Positions 53,427 to 64,000 of a DNA stretch of 64,000 bases are shown here, piece by piece. A model generated the notes under the pieces. That model ran no database searches and had not been told where the DNA came from. It saw only the letters and a list, made by a program, of their open reading frames with translations. The position numbers and the translations under genes are program-made. Each line of letters begins with the position of its first letter. Position 1 is the stretch's first letter. Origin of the DNA: Chiloscyllium plagiosum (Eukaryota); assembly GCF_004010195.1 (NCBI RefSeq), contig NC_057718.1:50725018-50789017 (forward strand). Direction: 5' to 3'.

Positions 53427-54689
53427 GTACCATGTGCTAGTTGGCCAAAATGCTCCATTCACCTCCCCCACAGTGAATAACCACCACTCACACCAGTTGA
53501 ACCCTGGTGGAAAGTGACTATAACATCATTTTGATATTTCCAATTCTGACCTTGGAAATGCATGTACGATCTCCATGTGCACTCTTCCATGGACAAATCA
53601 CATCCAGGTTCATATGCCTACACTTGTTCAGAGCATCATCTTTGCATTCTGAGTCTTCCTCTTCTGTAAGTAATAAAACAAAATGAGTTGAATTCTGCAT
53701 TTAAATATGACACTCATTTACCTGGAAGGATGTCAACATGGGCCTTTTATTGCTACCCAAGAGTGCTTGGGTCCATTGCTCATTCTTGACATTGGGGAAG
53801 TATTTGCCAATTGTATCTCATTTGTTATCCCATGTACGTACCACCCAACATGAATGGAAATGCATTGATGATAATAGTCAGCAAGGGAAGCATACACTTG
53901 ATGCCTGGAACATGTCACTTCCATCCTGTAATAACTTAGAAAACTTGACTGAAAAGGAACATCGCTTATTGTTGAACACCAAAATAGAGCCATTACCTGT
54001 GGCATACATAAGCCAGTCCCAGCCTGGGTCAGACAGTTCTACAGACCATCCCTGGGTCTGCTTTAGAAAGGACTCAGGTGAAGAGTTCTACCTGGGCAGA
54101 TCATTGCCAGTTACCAAGGGAATGCATACTCAATGAGCTCCACATGGAGATGTGCTGAGTACAATAAAGGCAATGAAGGTTCATTCATAGCCCTAAAATG
54201 AGAGCAGGAAGTTTCTATAAATTCTTGTTGAATGCACATTAGTGGGTTTGTGGTCAGGACTGAATGAATGTTCAAGTAACATTGCATTTATGGGATATGA
54301 ATGTGTAGGTTAAAAATGATTGTTGCTAAGTTGATACACTGACAATTGTGGATGTCTGACATGTGCCTTAGTGGCAAATTGGAAGCAGGGAAATGATTTG
54401 GTCATCATTTGAGTGCTTTTTTTTATTGGTTATGTATTTGTTCACATGAATGGATGTGTGACTGTCTAACATTAGCTGAACCCGCCCCTGTACACCCAGG
54501 GTGATATCTCACTATCCTCCTCCTTACTCTTTCCTCTGATGCTTTGTTATTTCATGCTCAGGTACCTTGTTTCTCACTGCACAGCACTACCATCACCTTT
54601 CCTCCAAATGGTACATTTCAGCAAACATCTATCTTTTGAAGACTACACTTCGAAACCAGTGAGACTGGCAGTCTGCATCATCACCCAAA

Positions 54690-54885
54690 TAAAACAAAAA
54701 ATTACAAATGCTGGAGATCTGAAACAAAAATAGAAATTGCTGGAGGAACTCAGTAGATTCTGGCAGCATCTTTGGACAGAACAGAGTTCTAATGAAGGAT
54801 CACTGAACTTCAAATGCTAACTTTGTTTTCTGTTCACAGATGCTGACAGACCTGTTGAGTTTCTTCAGCAATTTTGGTTTTTATA
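54690..54885. mobile_element. Older Penelope-like fold-back remnant
   Basis: aaattgctggaggaactcag...ggcagcatc versus gatgctgacagacctgttgagtttcttcagcaattt. Confidence 0.7.
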
Positions 54886-56058
54886 TGGTCACACATTTGG
54901 TTGACCATACAAAAAGTTATGAACAGAAACCCACATAGATAACCTCTATCTCATGGACTACTTCACACAGCTTTATATAATGGTTAAGTTCTCTACCTCA
55001 TTCATTCAGATTTGTTCATGTCTTCAGTATTACAAATTCATATTCCACTCTGTCTCTTTAGTTGGCACATCTAATTCAGAACTGTTTAGTTTACACTTTA
55101 TGGCCTGCCACCTTTTACATATTGGGAACCCTGAGAGTGGGAATGTGACTTTCAGAACCAGGTCTCAAGCAAAATTTTCAACTCTCCACAGAGTATTCCA
55201 ACTACATGAAAATCTAGGCTAATATGAATGTAAAGTTAATTTGTAACGTCTGACTTGAAACTTAATACTGATATAAAGGGAATGCATTTTTACTAAGATT
55301 CGCTTGATGTCCTATTTAAATTAACATGGTATAGCTTTATAGTTCTTCTGTCAAAGTTACAGGGACGATGTTGAAGACCTTCTCAAGAACTACTCTTTTT
55401 AAGCATCAGAATTGGCTTCAGAAGTCCCTTCTCCAGAATGAATGTCATCACCCCTTTGTAAACAAGAAAAACATCCCAAACAACAAACTTCACCTGTTCA
55501 AATGTAAACGCAGTATAATTTGTGGTAATAATTAGGAATATTTGTTTTAGAGATGATATTGTCGACATTGTATGGCAACTTCAGTTAAAGGGCGACATGT
55601 TTGTTAGCTTGTTGGGCTTGAATGAGAGCAGTTCTGGAGAGTTTGCTTAGGAGATCTGTAAGCTTGTCATTAGATCTCTGTGAGATGGGTCTCAGTAAAT
55701 CAGTTGCAAATTGGTATGTTCACCAATTATTGGAGCTTTATATGAGTGTCTGGAAACTTGATTTGTGATGACTGGGCTAAAATCGAAGATTACACTCAGG
55801 GGAGAAAGAAAAGCACAGGGGGCAACATGCAATAAAATTTGAACCATGAGCTAACAAATTGTTGCTGGCATTATTACTATGGCATAATACTTGGTACACG
55901 AATAATAATCCTGAACTCATCCTATAGGAAATAATCTTAAACACTTAAATTTTATGGCCCTTTCCATTAAATCTTATAGCTTCCTTTATTGTGATTGTCT
56001 TAGCCCATCAAACAAACAATATGAAAGGTGCAGAATACATTAAACTAAAAAATAAGCT

Positions 56059-56360
56059 CAGCGCAAGCTGGGAGAATGACTTCTTATTGTTTGTTTCGGG
56101 ACTCTGCAGCCTTTGGGGCTCAATATGGAGTTCCGTAATTTGAAGGCCTGAGCACCTTATCCCATGTCCTTACCCCAATCCCACGCGCCAGGCCTTGTCA
56201 CCACATGGGCTGCTACCATGACCAACTCATTGACAGTTACTAATGATCCTAAATAACAGCTATTGATTTCCCTCGGCTGATGTTTACCCATTGTTTTGCC
56301 TGTTCAACTGTTGGTCTCACTCTCTCTGGGCTTCATCTCCATTTTTCATTTATTCCTCCC
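56059..56360 (+). mobile_element. Penelope-like endonuclease C-terminus remnant and 3' region
   Basis: QRKL...FGTLQPLGLNMEF resembles the end of Penelope ORFs (compare 63160-63235). Confidence 0.65.
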
Positions 56361-56762
56361 CCTAGTCCCACCTCACCTTGAGCAGATGTACCAATCTGTT
56401 CATCAGATGGGAATATACTTGTCTGCAGTGGACATATTAGATATTCTGTCAAGATATGAAATCAGACAAGCACATTAATTTAACATCATTAAACTGGCAA
56501 ATACATAGTATTTAGTACAATCATGATTTGCAAAATTAACATTTCTTGAAATGCCAATTAAATGAAGGTACTTCAGTATTAATCCTCAGCAAAATATTAA
56601 ACATTTTAATAGAGCTGCTACTTTCTCCCTGGCCAGAGACTCTCAGGCAGTGACTGCACTGAGGGAAGATGTTCATACCATTTGTATCTTTGCTGTTACT
56701 TTCCAAACACAATTCAAAACAATTCCTAACATCTTTGTTTCTTTCTTGGGGAAGGATTTGTC

Positions 56763-56966
56763 TTGATTTGATTTGATTTATTACTGTCATGTGTACCAAC
56801 GTTCAGTGAAAAGTGTTGCCTTATGTACTTTCCAGGTATATTGTATGTTACATGTGCATCAGGGTAACAGAACAGAGTCTGATACCATGTTACAGCTGTT
56901 GAGGAAGTGCAGAGAGAGACCAATATTAACATTAAGGAGGCCCATTCAAAAGTCTGATAACAGCGT
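56763..56966 (-). mobile_element. Rex1/Babar-type LINE 3' end
   Basis: Minus strand encodes AVIRLLN (Rex1 C-terminal FFPxAIRLLN-type motif) and ends cttttcactg...tacacatgacagtaataaatcaaatcaaatcaa. Confidence 0.75.
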
Positions 56967-56972
56967 GGAATT

Positions 56973-57294
56973 ATAGAACCCCTACAGTGTGGAAACAGGC
57001 CCTTCAGCCCGACAAATCCACACCGACTCTCCAAAGAATAACCCACCCAGACCCATTCCCCCTACCCTATATTTACCCCTGACTCATGCACCTAACCTAC
57101 ACATCTCTAACACCACGGGCAATTTAGCATGGCCAACACACCTAACCTGCACATCTTTAGATTGTGGGGAGAAACCCATGCAGATACAGGGAGAATGTGT
57201 AATCCCGACACGGACAGTTGCCCGAGGCTGGAATCAAACCCGGGTCCCTGGTGTTGTGAGGCAGCAGTGCTAACCACTGAGCCACCGTGCCACC
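56973..57294 (-). mobile_element. Full-length HE1-type SINE
   Basis: tagaaccctacagtgtggaaacaggccc tail through gctaaccactgagccaccgtgccaccc head. Confidence 0.92.
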
Positions 57295-58454
57295 CTTGAG
57301 CAGAAGCTGGAGTGACCATTAGCTTAGTTGACTAGAGTGTGGTGTTGAATAAAGCTAACGAGAAAACACATAGGTTCAATTCTACATTAGCTATGGTATT
57401 TCATAGAGGCTTCTCACCTTATCATGCTTGTGGAATAGTGATTCTCTTGCTATATTGTTCTGACTTATTTGGGGACAGTGCACCAATATTGATATCCACA
57501 GTTCCACAAACCTTCACAAAATGCATAAAATCCCATTCAGACCCATCAAGATGAGCCATTTGTCTAACATACTGCTATTCAAGATAAAAGCAATTCCCAC
57601 TAGATTTTGTCTATAACAGAAAATAACTCTATCAAATATAACATACAACTTTATAAAATGGTAGAGAAAATGAAAGATTTCTGCTGCGCACCTTAAAATG
57701 TACCCATTCAAATCCATTCATAAACACACACCCATTCATGATGAAGACAGATGAAAAGCAGACAGCTCGACAATAATATGATAGATGAAAAAATAATATA
57801 GACAGGATATGCAAGATTCCAGTTATCAAAAGCCTGAGGTAGATTGTCTCACACACTGTAGTCTGCAAAGTTATTCTTCACTTTGCTAACCAATTTGGCA
57901 GATCTGGTTCTTTTCTTGTTAGATTTCTTTCTCTCAAGCTTTCTTGAGGGCGTGTCTGCCAATGGCAAAAATACCGAACTTTAATGAGAATCTCAAGTTC
58001 TGCCCCTGAACCCAGCCCCTCTCAGTGTTTGCAAGGGCAGGATTGCTGTGGTTCACAAAGTCAAAGGTTTCTTGAGGCTGCTGACCATCTAACTGACCAG
58101 TTGCTTTTATTGAAATGGGATTTTGGGTTCCGGGGAGTGTGGAACCTGAAATCTAGAGATTAGATCAAGTAGGAAAGATCTCTTGCATATCCAGAATACC
58201 TTAGGTGGTGTGAGGGAATTCCTTGTGATGGAGACCTATACAATATCTTTTAAGAGTGGGTGTCAGAAATCTTTTGCAGGTGGAGGGTCAGGTGCCCTTT
58301 GGGATAGTTAACTGTGGAGAATAATTCATGTAAATGATGCATAAACAGCTTGAAACCATCCAACTTGCCAAAACATTTCACCTAGTGTCAACCTGTCAGG
58401 AAGTGTAAATAAGTGCCAAGAAGTGTTTCAAAGTCTTAACATGAGGGTATTAGT

Positions 58455-60085
58455 ATTGACCAGAAACTGAAGTGGACCAGCTTTATAAAAACCATGGCAG
58501 GTCAGAGGCGAGGAATTCTGTGACAAGTAACTCACATCCTGATGTCCCCAAAGCCTGGTCACCATCTACAAGGAACAAGTAGCGAGCATGATGGAGTGTG
58601 ATGGAATTCTCCCCATTTGTCGGGATGAGTGCAAATTCCCTTGTTCAACAATGGGAGTAGGGAAAATCCTGGGAATTACAAACCAGTAAGTCTTCTATTG
58701 GCAGTGCATAAATTATTCGAGAGGATTCTGAGAGACAGGATTTATGATTATTTGGAAAAGCATAGTTTGATTGGAGACAGTCAGCACGGCTTTGTGAGGG
58801 ACAGGCCATGCTTCACAAGTCTTATCGAACTCTTTGAGGATGTAATAGCAGGGCAGTGTATTCAGTGTATATGGATTTTAGCAAAGCATTTGATAAGATT
58901 CCGCATGGTAGGATCATTCAGAAAGTAAGGAGGCATGGGATACAGGGAAATTTGGCTGTCAGGATACAAAATTGGCTGGCCCATAGGAAACAGAGGGTGC
59001 TAATAGATTGGAAGTATTCAGCCTGGAGCTCCGTGACCAGTGGCGTTCCACAGAGATCTGTTCTGGGGCTTCTGTTCTGTGTGATTTTTAATAAATGACT
59101 TAGATTAGGAAGTGGAAGGGTGGGTTAGTAAGTTTTCCGATGACACAAAGGTTGGTGGAGTTGTAGATGGTGTGGTGGGCTGTTGTATGTTGCAACGGAT
59201 ATTGACAGGGTGCAAAGCTGGGCTGAGAAGTGGCAGATGGAATTCAACCTGAAAAAGTGTGAAGTGATTCATTTTGGAAGGTCACATTTGAATGCAGATT
59301 TCAGGGTTAAAGGCAGGATTCTTGGCAGTGCGGAGGAACAGAGGGATCTTGGGGTCTATGTCCATAGATCCCTCAAAGTTGCCATCAATGTTGATAGGCT
59401 TATTAAGAAAGCATATGGTGTGTTGGCTTTCATTAGCAGGGGATTGAGTTTAAGAGCCACGAGGTTATGCTACAGCTCTATCAAGACCTGGTTAGATCAC
59501 ACTTGGAATATTGTGTTCAGTTCTGGTTGCCCCATTATAGGAAGGATGTGAAAACTTTAGATAAGGTGCAGAGGAGATTTACCAGTATGCTGCCTGGACT
59601 GAAGGGCATATCTCATGAATAAAGTTTGAAGAAGCTGGGGCTTTCCTCATGGAGCGAAGAAGGATGAGAGGTGATTTTATAGAGGTGTACAAGGTGATGA
59701 GAGGCATAGATAGATTAGATAGCTAGAAACTTTTTCCCAGGGTGGAAATGGTTACCACGTGGGGACATAATTTTAAGGTGATTGGAGGAAGGTTTAATGG
59801 AGATATCAAAGGTAGGTTCTTTACAGAGAGAGCGGTGGGTGTGTGGAATGCACTGCCAGCAGCGGTAGTAGAGTTAGATACACTAAGGACATTTAAGTAA
59901 CTCTTCGAAAGGCACATGGATGATAGTAAAATGAAGAGTATGTAGGTTAGTTTGATCTTAGATGGGACAACATCAAGAGCTGAAAATCCTTTACTGTACT
60001 GTTCTATGTTCTATGCTCTACGTTCAACAACATCCAAGAAACATGGCACCATCCAGGACAAAACAGCCTGCATGATTTGCATCCT
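58455..60085 (+). mobile_element. Old CR1-like fragment (58455-58632 and 60021-60085) split by a younger CR1
   Basis: Homologous to ~35185-35425; ggatgagtgca resumes as ttcaacaacatccaagaa...ccatccaggacaaaacagcc. Confidence 0.7.
58633..60018 (+). mobile_element. 5'-truncated CR1 LINE (RT domain to tail)
   Basis: NPGNYKPVSL, QHGF, DFSKAFDKIPH, GVPQRSVLG, WAEKWQMEFN; (gttctat)n tail; frameshifted. Confidence 0.95.
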
Positions 60086-62329
60086 ATTTAAAACCGGAGA
60101 AGTCATTGGTGGAGAGGTGGGTGTGGGGGGTGGAGGTGCAGTGTTGTCAAACAGGCACAGGAGTTATGAGAAACCATGGAGAATGGGTAAAAGATTATTG
60201 AGTGCATTGGAGATACGAGGGGCCATTGGAGGAGAAGGCGGGAGTGGTGGTCGATAGAGTGGCAAACCTGGCATGGACAAGGGCCAAGGAACTCCGGGAG
60301 TTAGGGGATGCAGGATGAGAGCAAAAGGGATATTTTCTCTTTAAATCTGTTTTAAGCTTCGCAGAGACACGAGACAGACTTCCCCCCGCACTGCTCCCCC
60401 ACACACACACCCCAACACACACACACCTCCCCCAGCCTGTTGTGGCATGGGAAGGCAGGGTGACAATGTTGAGAGGAAGCTATTGAAGGAACTGCCATCT
60501 GAGACTGAAGCAGGACCTCTTACCAGGCTTCCTCTGTCCTGTTGAACTCCACGCACCAGCCTGAAAATTGAGGCCATGTAGGGAATGACCCTGAAGTGGT
60601 CAGTGAGCAAGCACAAAGGTAGCTGCATCACTGAGTTCAGACTGACACAGAGGCCAGGATTTTCCATTTGGTAGTTAATGCAGGGTGTCAGAGTCTTTGG
60701 TAATGTCCTTTTGCTAATGCCCTGGGCAAGATGTCTAAATGATTACATGTTTGTCCCCTGATAATCCATGAAAGTGGGATATTCTGCAGGTTACTGGGCA
60801 AATCACATTTAGGAACCACAACGGACACTCTGAATGCTGGCAAGACCTTCTAGAGTTGAAGGCTTTGATGTCACATTTAAAGATTAGCTGGATATCACTT
60901 TATTTGCAGCAAGGTAAGAATGTGACAAGTGTCTGTGATAGACACCTCAGAAACCTAGAAGTGCCAGCCAAAAAATTGAAGCTGCCTCTCAGGTTGACTG
61001 ATGCTTCCTTGCAGATGCTGGAAGAGTCGCTGAGAAAGAGTCCATTCTGTTCCCGGGGGTTGGCACCAGGAGACCATTATATCAGACCTGTCCAGCCTTA
61101 GAACACCTTGTAGCATGAGACAGTGCCACATAAAGGGAACAGCAAGCAGCAGGCAAGAAAATGCATCATCTCCTGTGCTCTGCAAGGGTAAGTGACACTG
61201 TGTTCTCTCTGCATTCACAAGAGTATCACTGAATCTTACTCGGCCACTGAATAGGCAAGTCAGGGATGGTCACAGCCGGCAAGCCAAACATCACAGGCAT
61301 GGTGTGGAATCAAGGAGCGAGACCTACTTCACTCTCTCCATCTACAAACCATCTCAGCCCATTGTACCTCTTCCTCACTTCCTCACATGATCGTGCATGC
61401 CCACAATCTTTTCCACACACTATACCTTCACTTTATGTCATTGCAAGAAAAGGTGGCACTTAACCATGCCAACAAGACAATGGGGTGTGTGGAGATGCCA
61501 GATATAAAGTTCCTCATCCACTTTGAAAAAGAGAGCTGTTGCGTTCGTCCAGGAGGACTGTCATAATTCCTCTAGCGATGGGGTGACATGAAAGGCCCAG
61601 TAACCCAGTTAGCAACATTATATTCTGATTTTCCTGGATAAGCACAAAGGCAATGATAGGGGCTGCATAAAACTTTCTGCACAATCACAATTCTTTCTCT
61701 GCTCTCCTCCAGGCACTAACACCTTGGCTTCATTCCAGGTGCCCCTTCTTCTCAAGAACTGAGGATGGTACCAATAGATATCCACAAGAGGGAAGAGAAA
61801 GAACAGGCACTCTTGGCTGCATCTTCCAATGATGCTCCAGAGGTGCAGTTTTCCACCTTCTGTCAACCAATGACCCCACTTCTTCGAATGGCTGAGGCTA
61901 AGGAGGTTGCATCTGTAGCTGTGTAGAACACGCTCCACAGGCGAGTGCCCTCTCGCCCCTGAGACCCCATGGGTGGCCCATCAGAATCTTCAAAGTAATT
62001 CTGAGGTACCAATCAGAAAGGTCACTAGACACAATGGGAAACAGAGGAGATAAAGAAGAAGCTTCTAAGAGCACATTGGTGATATTGATGTGCAGTCCTT
62101 GTGTATGATTTATACTTTTAGAACATAGAAAATTACAGCACAGAACAGACCCTATGGCCCATGATGTTTGTCTAAGTGCTTACTTGCATTGTTCTAATAT
62201 CTGCTGCAGTGTTATTTCCCAACAAGACATGAGAATGTTCGTCAAAATGAAAGACATGGAACATCTTCAAGCAGAGAAAGGATATTTACACTTCAGGTTT
62301 AAACATGAGATTCCTTCTTATAATCAGCA

Positions 62330-62583
62330 AAGTGAGTCATTGTCTCATCCAACAATGAACCACATACCTTCAACATTGGTGTGTATGGTCTGAGCTGCCA
62401 AACGAAGTGGTGGAGATGGGTACAATTCCAAACATTTAAAAGGCATCTGGATGGGTGTATGAATAGGAAAGGTTTAAAAGGATTATGGGCTAAATGCTGG
62501 CAAATGAGATGAATTCAGATTGAGATGTCTGGTCAGTGTGAATGAGTTGCATTGTTGGGTCTGTTTCTGTGCTGACTCCATGG
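62330..62583 (+). mobile_element. CR1 3' end remnant
   Basis: gagctgccaaacgaagtggtggag...atttaaaaggcatctggatggg...gggtctgtttctgtgctg. Confidence 0.7.
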
Positions 62584-63046
62584 TGATTGCAGTTAAGGCA
62601 CCACAGATGACTCTCAAAGGCACTGGGGATAACAATGAGCTCAATGGGAAAAGCCAGGGGTTGGGATGTGCAATTAGTGGACTCTGCACAAGCACCTTAT
62701 GGAAGTGATGGTAGGATCAGTCATACACTTACAGGTTATATAAGGAAAGGTCTGACCCATGTCTTGTTTGTCATAGCAATGCTACAAAATTCAAGGCTGT
62801 AAGGTGGGCAATGGTCAAACCACATGTGGAACTGAATGGAGGAGACAGATCCAAATTTCAAAACCAGTCATAATAATTGTGCTGTCATAAGGATGCTCTT
62901 GCTTTGTAAGAATACAGTAAAGGAAGTCTGCATTCTACAGCACTGCAGGGATGGTGTGGGTGCATGGTCATTAGGAGCACTGTCGGAATATGGAAAAACT
63001 CATGTTACAACATGGCAGTAAACCCTTCTGTTAATTCTGTTAATTA

Positions 63047-63554
63047 CCGCACCAACCAACCCAACTGCCCCGTGGCTGAACACTTTAACTCCCCTTCCCA
63101 CTCCGCCAAGGACATGCAGGTCCTTGGCCTCATCCATCGCCAGACCATGGCAACACGACGCCTGGAGGAAGAACGGCTTATCGGCTTATCTTCTGCCTAG
63201 GAACCCTCCAACCACAAGGGATAAATGCAGATTTCTCCAGCTTCCTCATTTCCCCTCTCCCCACCTTATCTCAGTCCCAACCCTCGAACTCAGCACCGCC
63301 TTCTTGACCTGCAACCTTCTTCCCGACCTCTCCGCCACCACCCCCTCTTCGGCCTATCACCTTCACCTTAACCTCCTTCCACCTATCGCATTCCCAGTGC
63401 CCCTCCCCCAAGTCCCTCCTCCCTACCTTTTATCTTAACCTGCTTGGCATACCCTCCTCATTCCTGAAGAAGGGCTTATGCCCGAAACATCGATTCTCCT
63501 ACTCCTTGGATGCTGCCTGACCTGCTGCGCTTTTCCAGCAACACATTTTTCAGC
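63047..63554 (+). mobile_element. Penelope-like retroelement 3' end: endonuclease C-terminus, C-rich UTR, terminal repeat
   Basis: PVAEHFNSPSHSAKDMQVLGL..RRLEEERLI then FCLGTLQPQGINADF after a frameshift; hammerhead core at 63464. Confidence 0.88.
63464..63491 (+). ncRNA. Minimal hammerhead core motif, with a CpG-type change in stem III
   Basis: CUGAAGA-A-GGGC-UUAU-GCCC-GAAAC-AUC. Confidence 0.55.
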
Positions 63555-64000
63555 ATTAAACAACTATTTACAACTCAAAGCCTCCTTTCTCTTGAATGGT
63601 TATCTGCCTCCAACTCTGTAACAATATACTGTTTCAATAAAAACCATATTAAAATTACATCAACTTAATTTCAAAACCACACAGCGGCTGTCATCTCCAG
63701 TGTCCTTCTTCTTTCGGCTGTAGATCTCCCTGGGTGGTCTTCTGTCTTTACTGCAAAGATGTTTCACATGAAAATGGTACCGTTGATAGAGAGTGTTTTG
63801 AATGGCAGTCTTTCTCAATGGTAATTACTCTCTCAACGACAGTTGATCAGTCCAAATCTCAGACTGGATCTGTCTAAACCTGTCCAGTTCACGGACCTGA
63901 GACCCCACACTGATACGTATTTTCAATTTTCCAATACACTCTGAGACTGCAAGCTAGTTAATTATAGGTGCTCAATGTAAAGCATCATTCACTCTCTCTT

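Overview
Eukaryotic, repeat-rich non-coding DNA, almost certainly from a cartilaginous fish: it carries HE1-type tRNA-derived SINEs and CR1 LINEs typical of elasmobranchs. I recognise no intact host protein-coding gene, rRNA, tRNA or CRISPR array. Nearly all long ORFs in the track are decayed retroelement frames (CR1, RTE, Gmr1-type Gypsy, Penelope) or artefacts of a stop-free 24-bp minisatellite. The most notable structure is a four-layer nest. An old CR1-like LINE (34.8-46.2 kb) is interrupted by a non-coding element with a Rex1/Babar-type tail. Inside that element a ~9.6-kb 24-bp minisatellite has expanded at one site, and a Penelope-derived fold-back insertion carrying a hammerhead-ribozyme core later landed in the array. 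An array-free ~760-bp relative of the host element lies at 4.9-5.65 kb, which shows the empty site. About ten Penelope terminal-repeat remnants occur, several with hammerhead cores and 12-13-bp target duplications. Family names come from recognising motifs by eye, not from database searches, and boundaries of decayed repeats are approximate.
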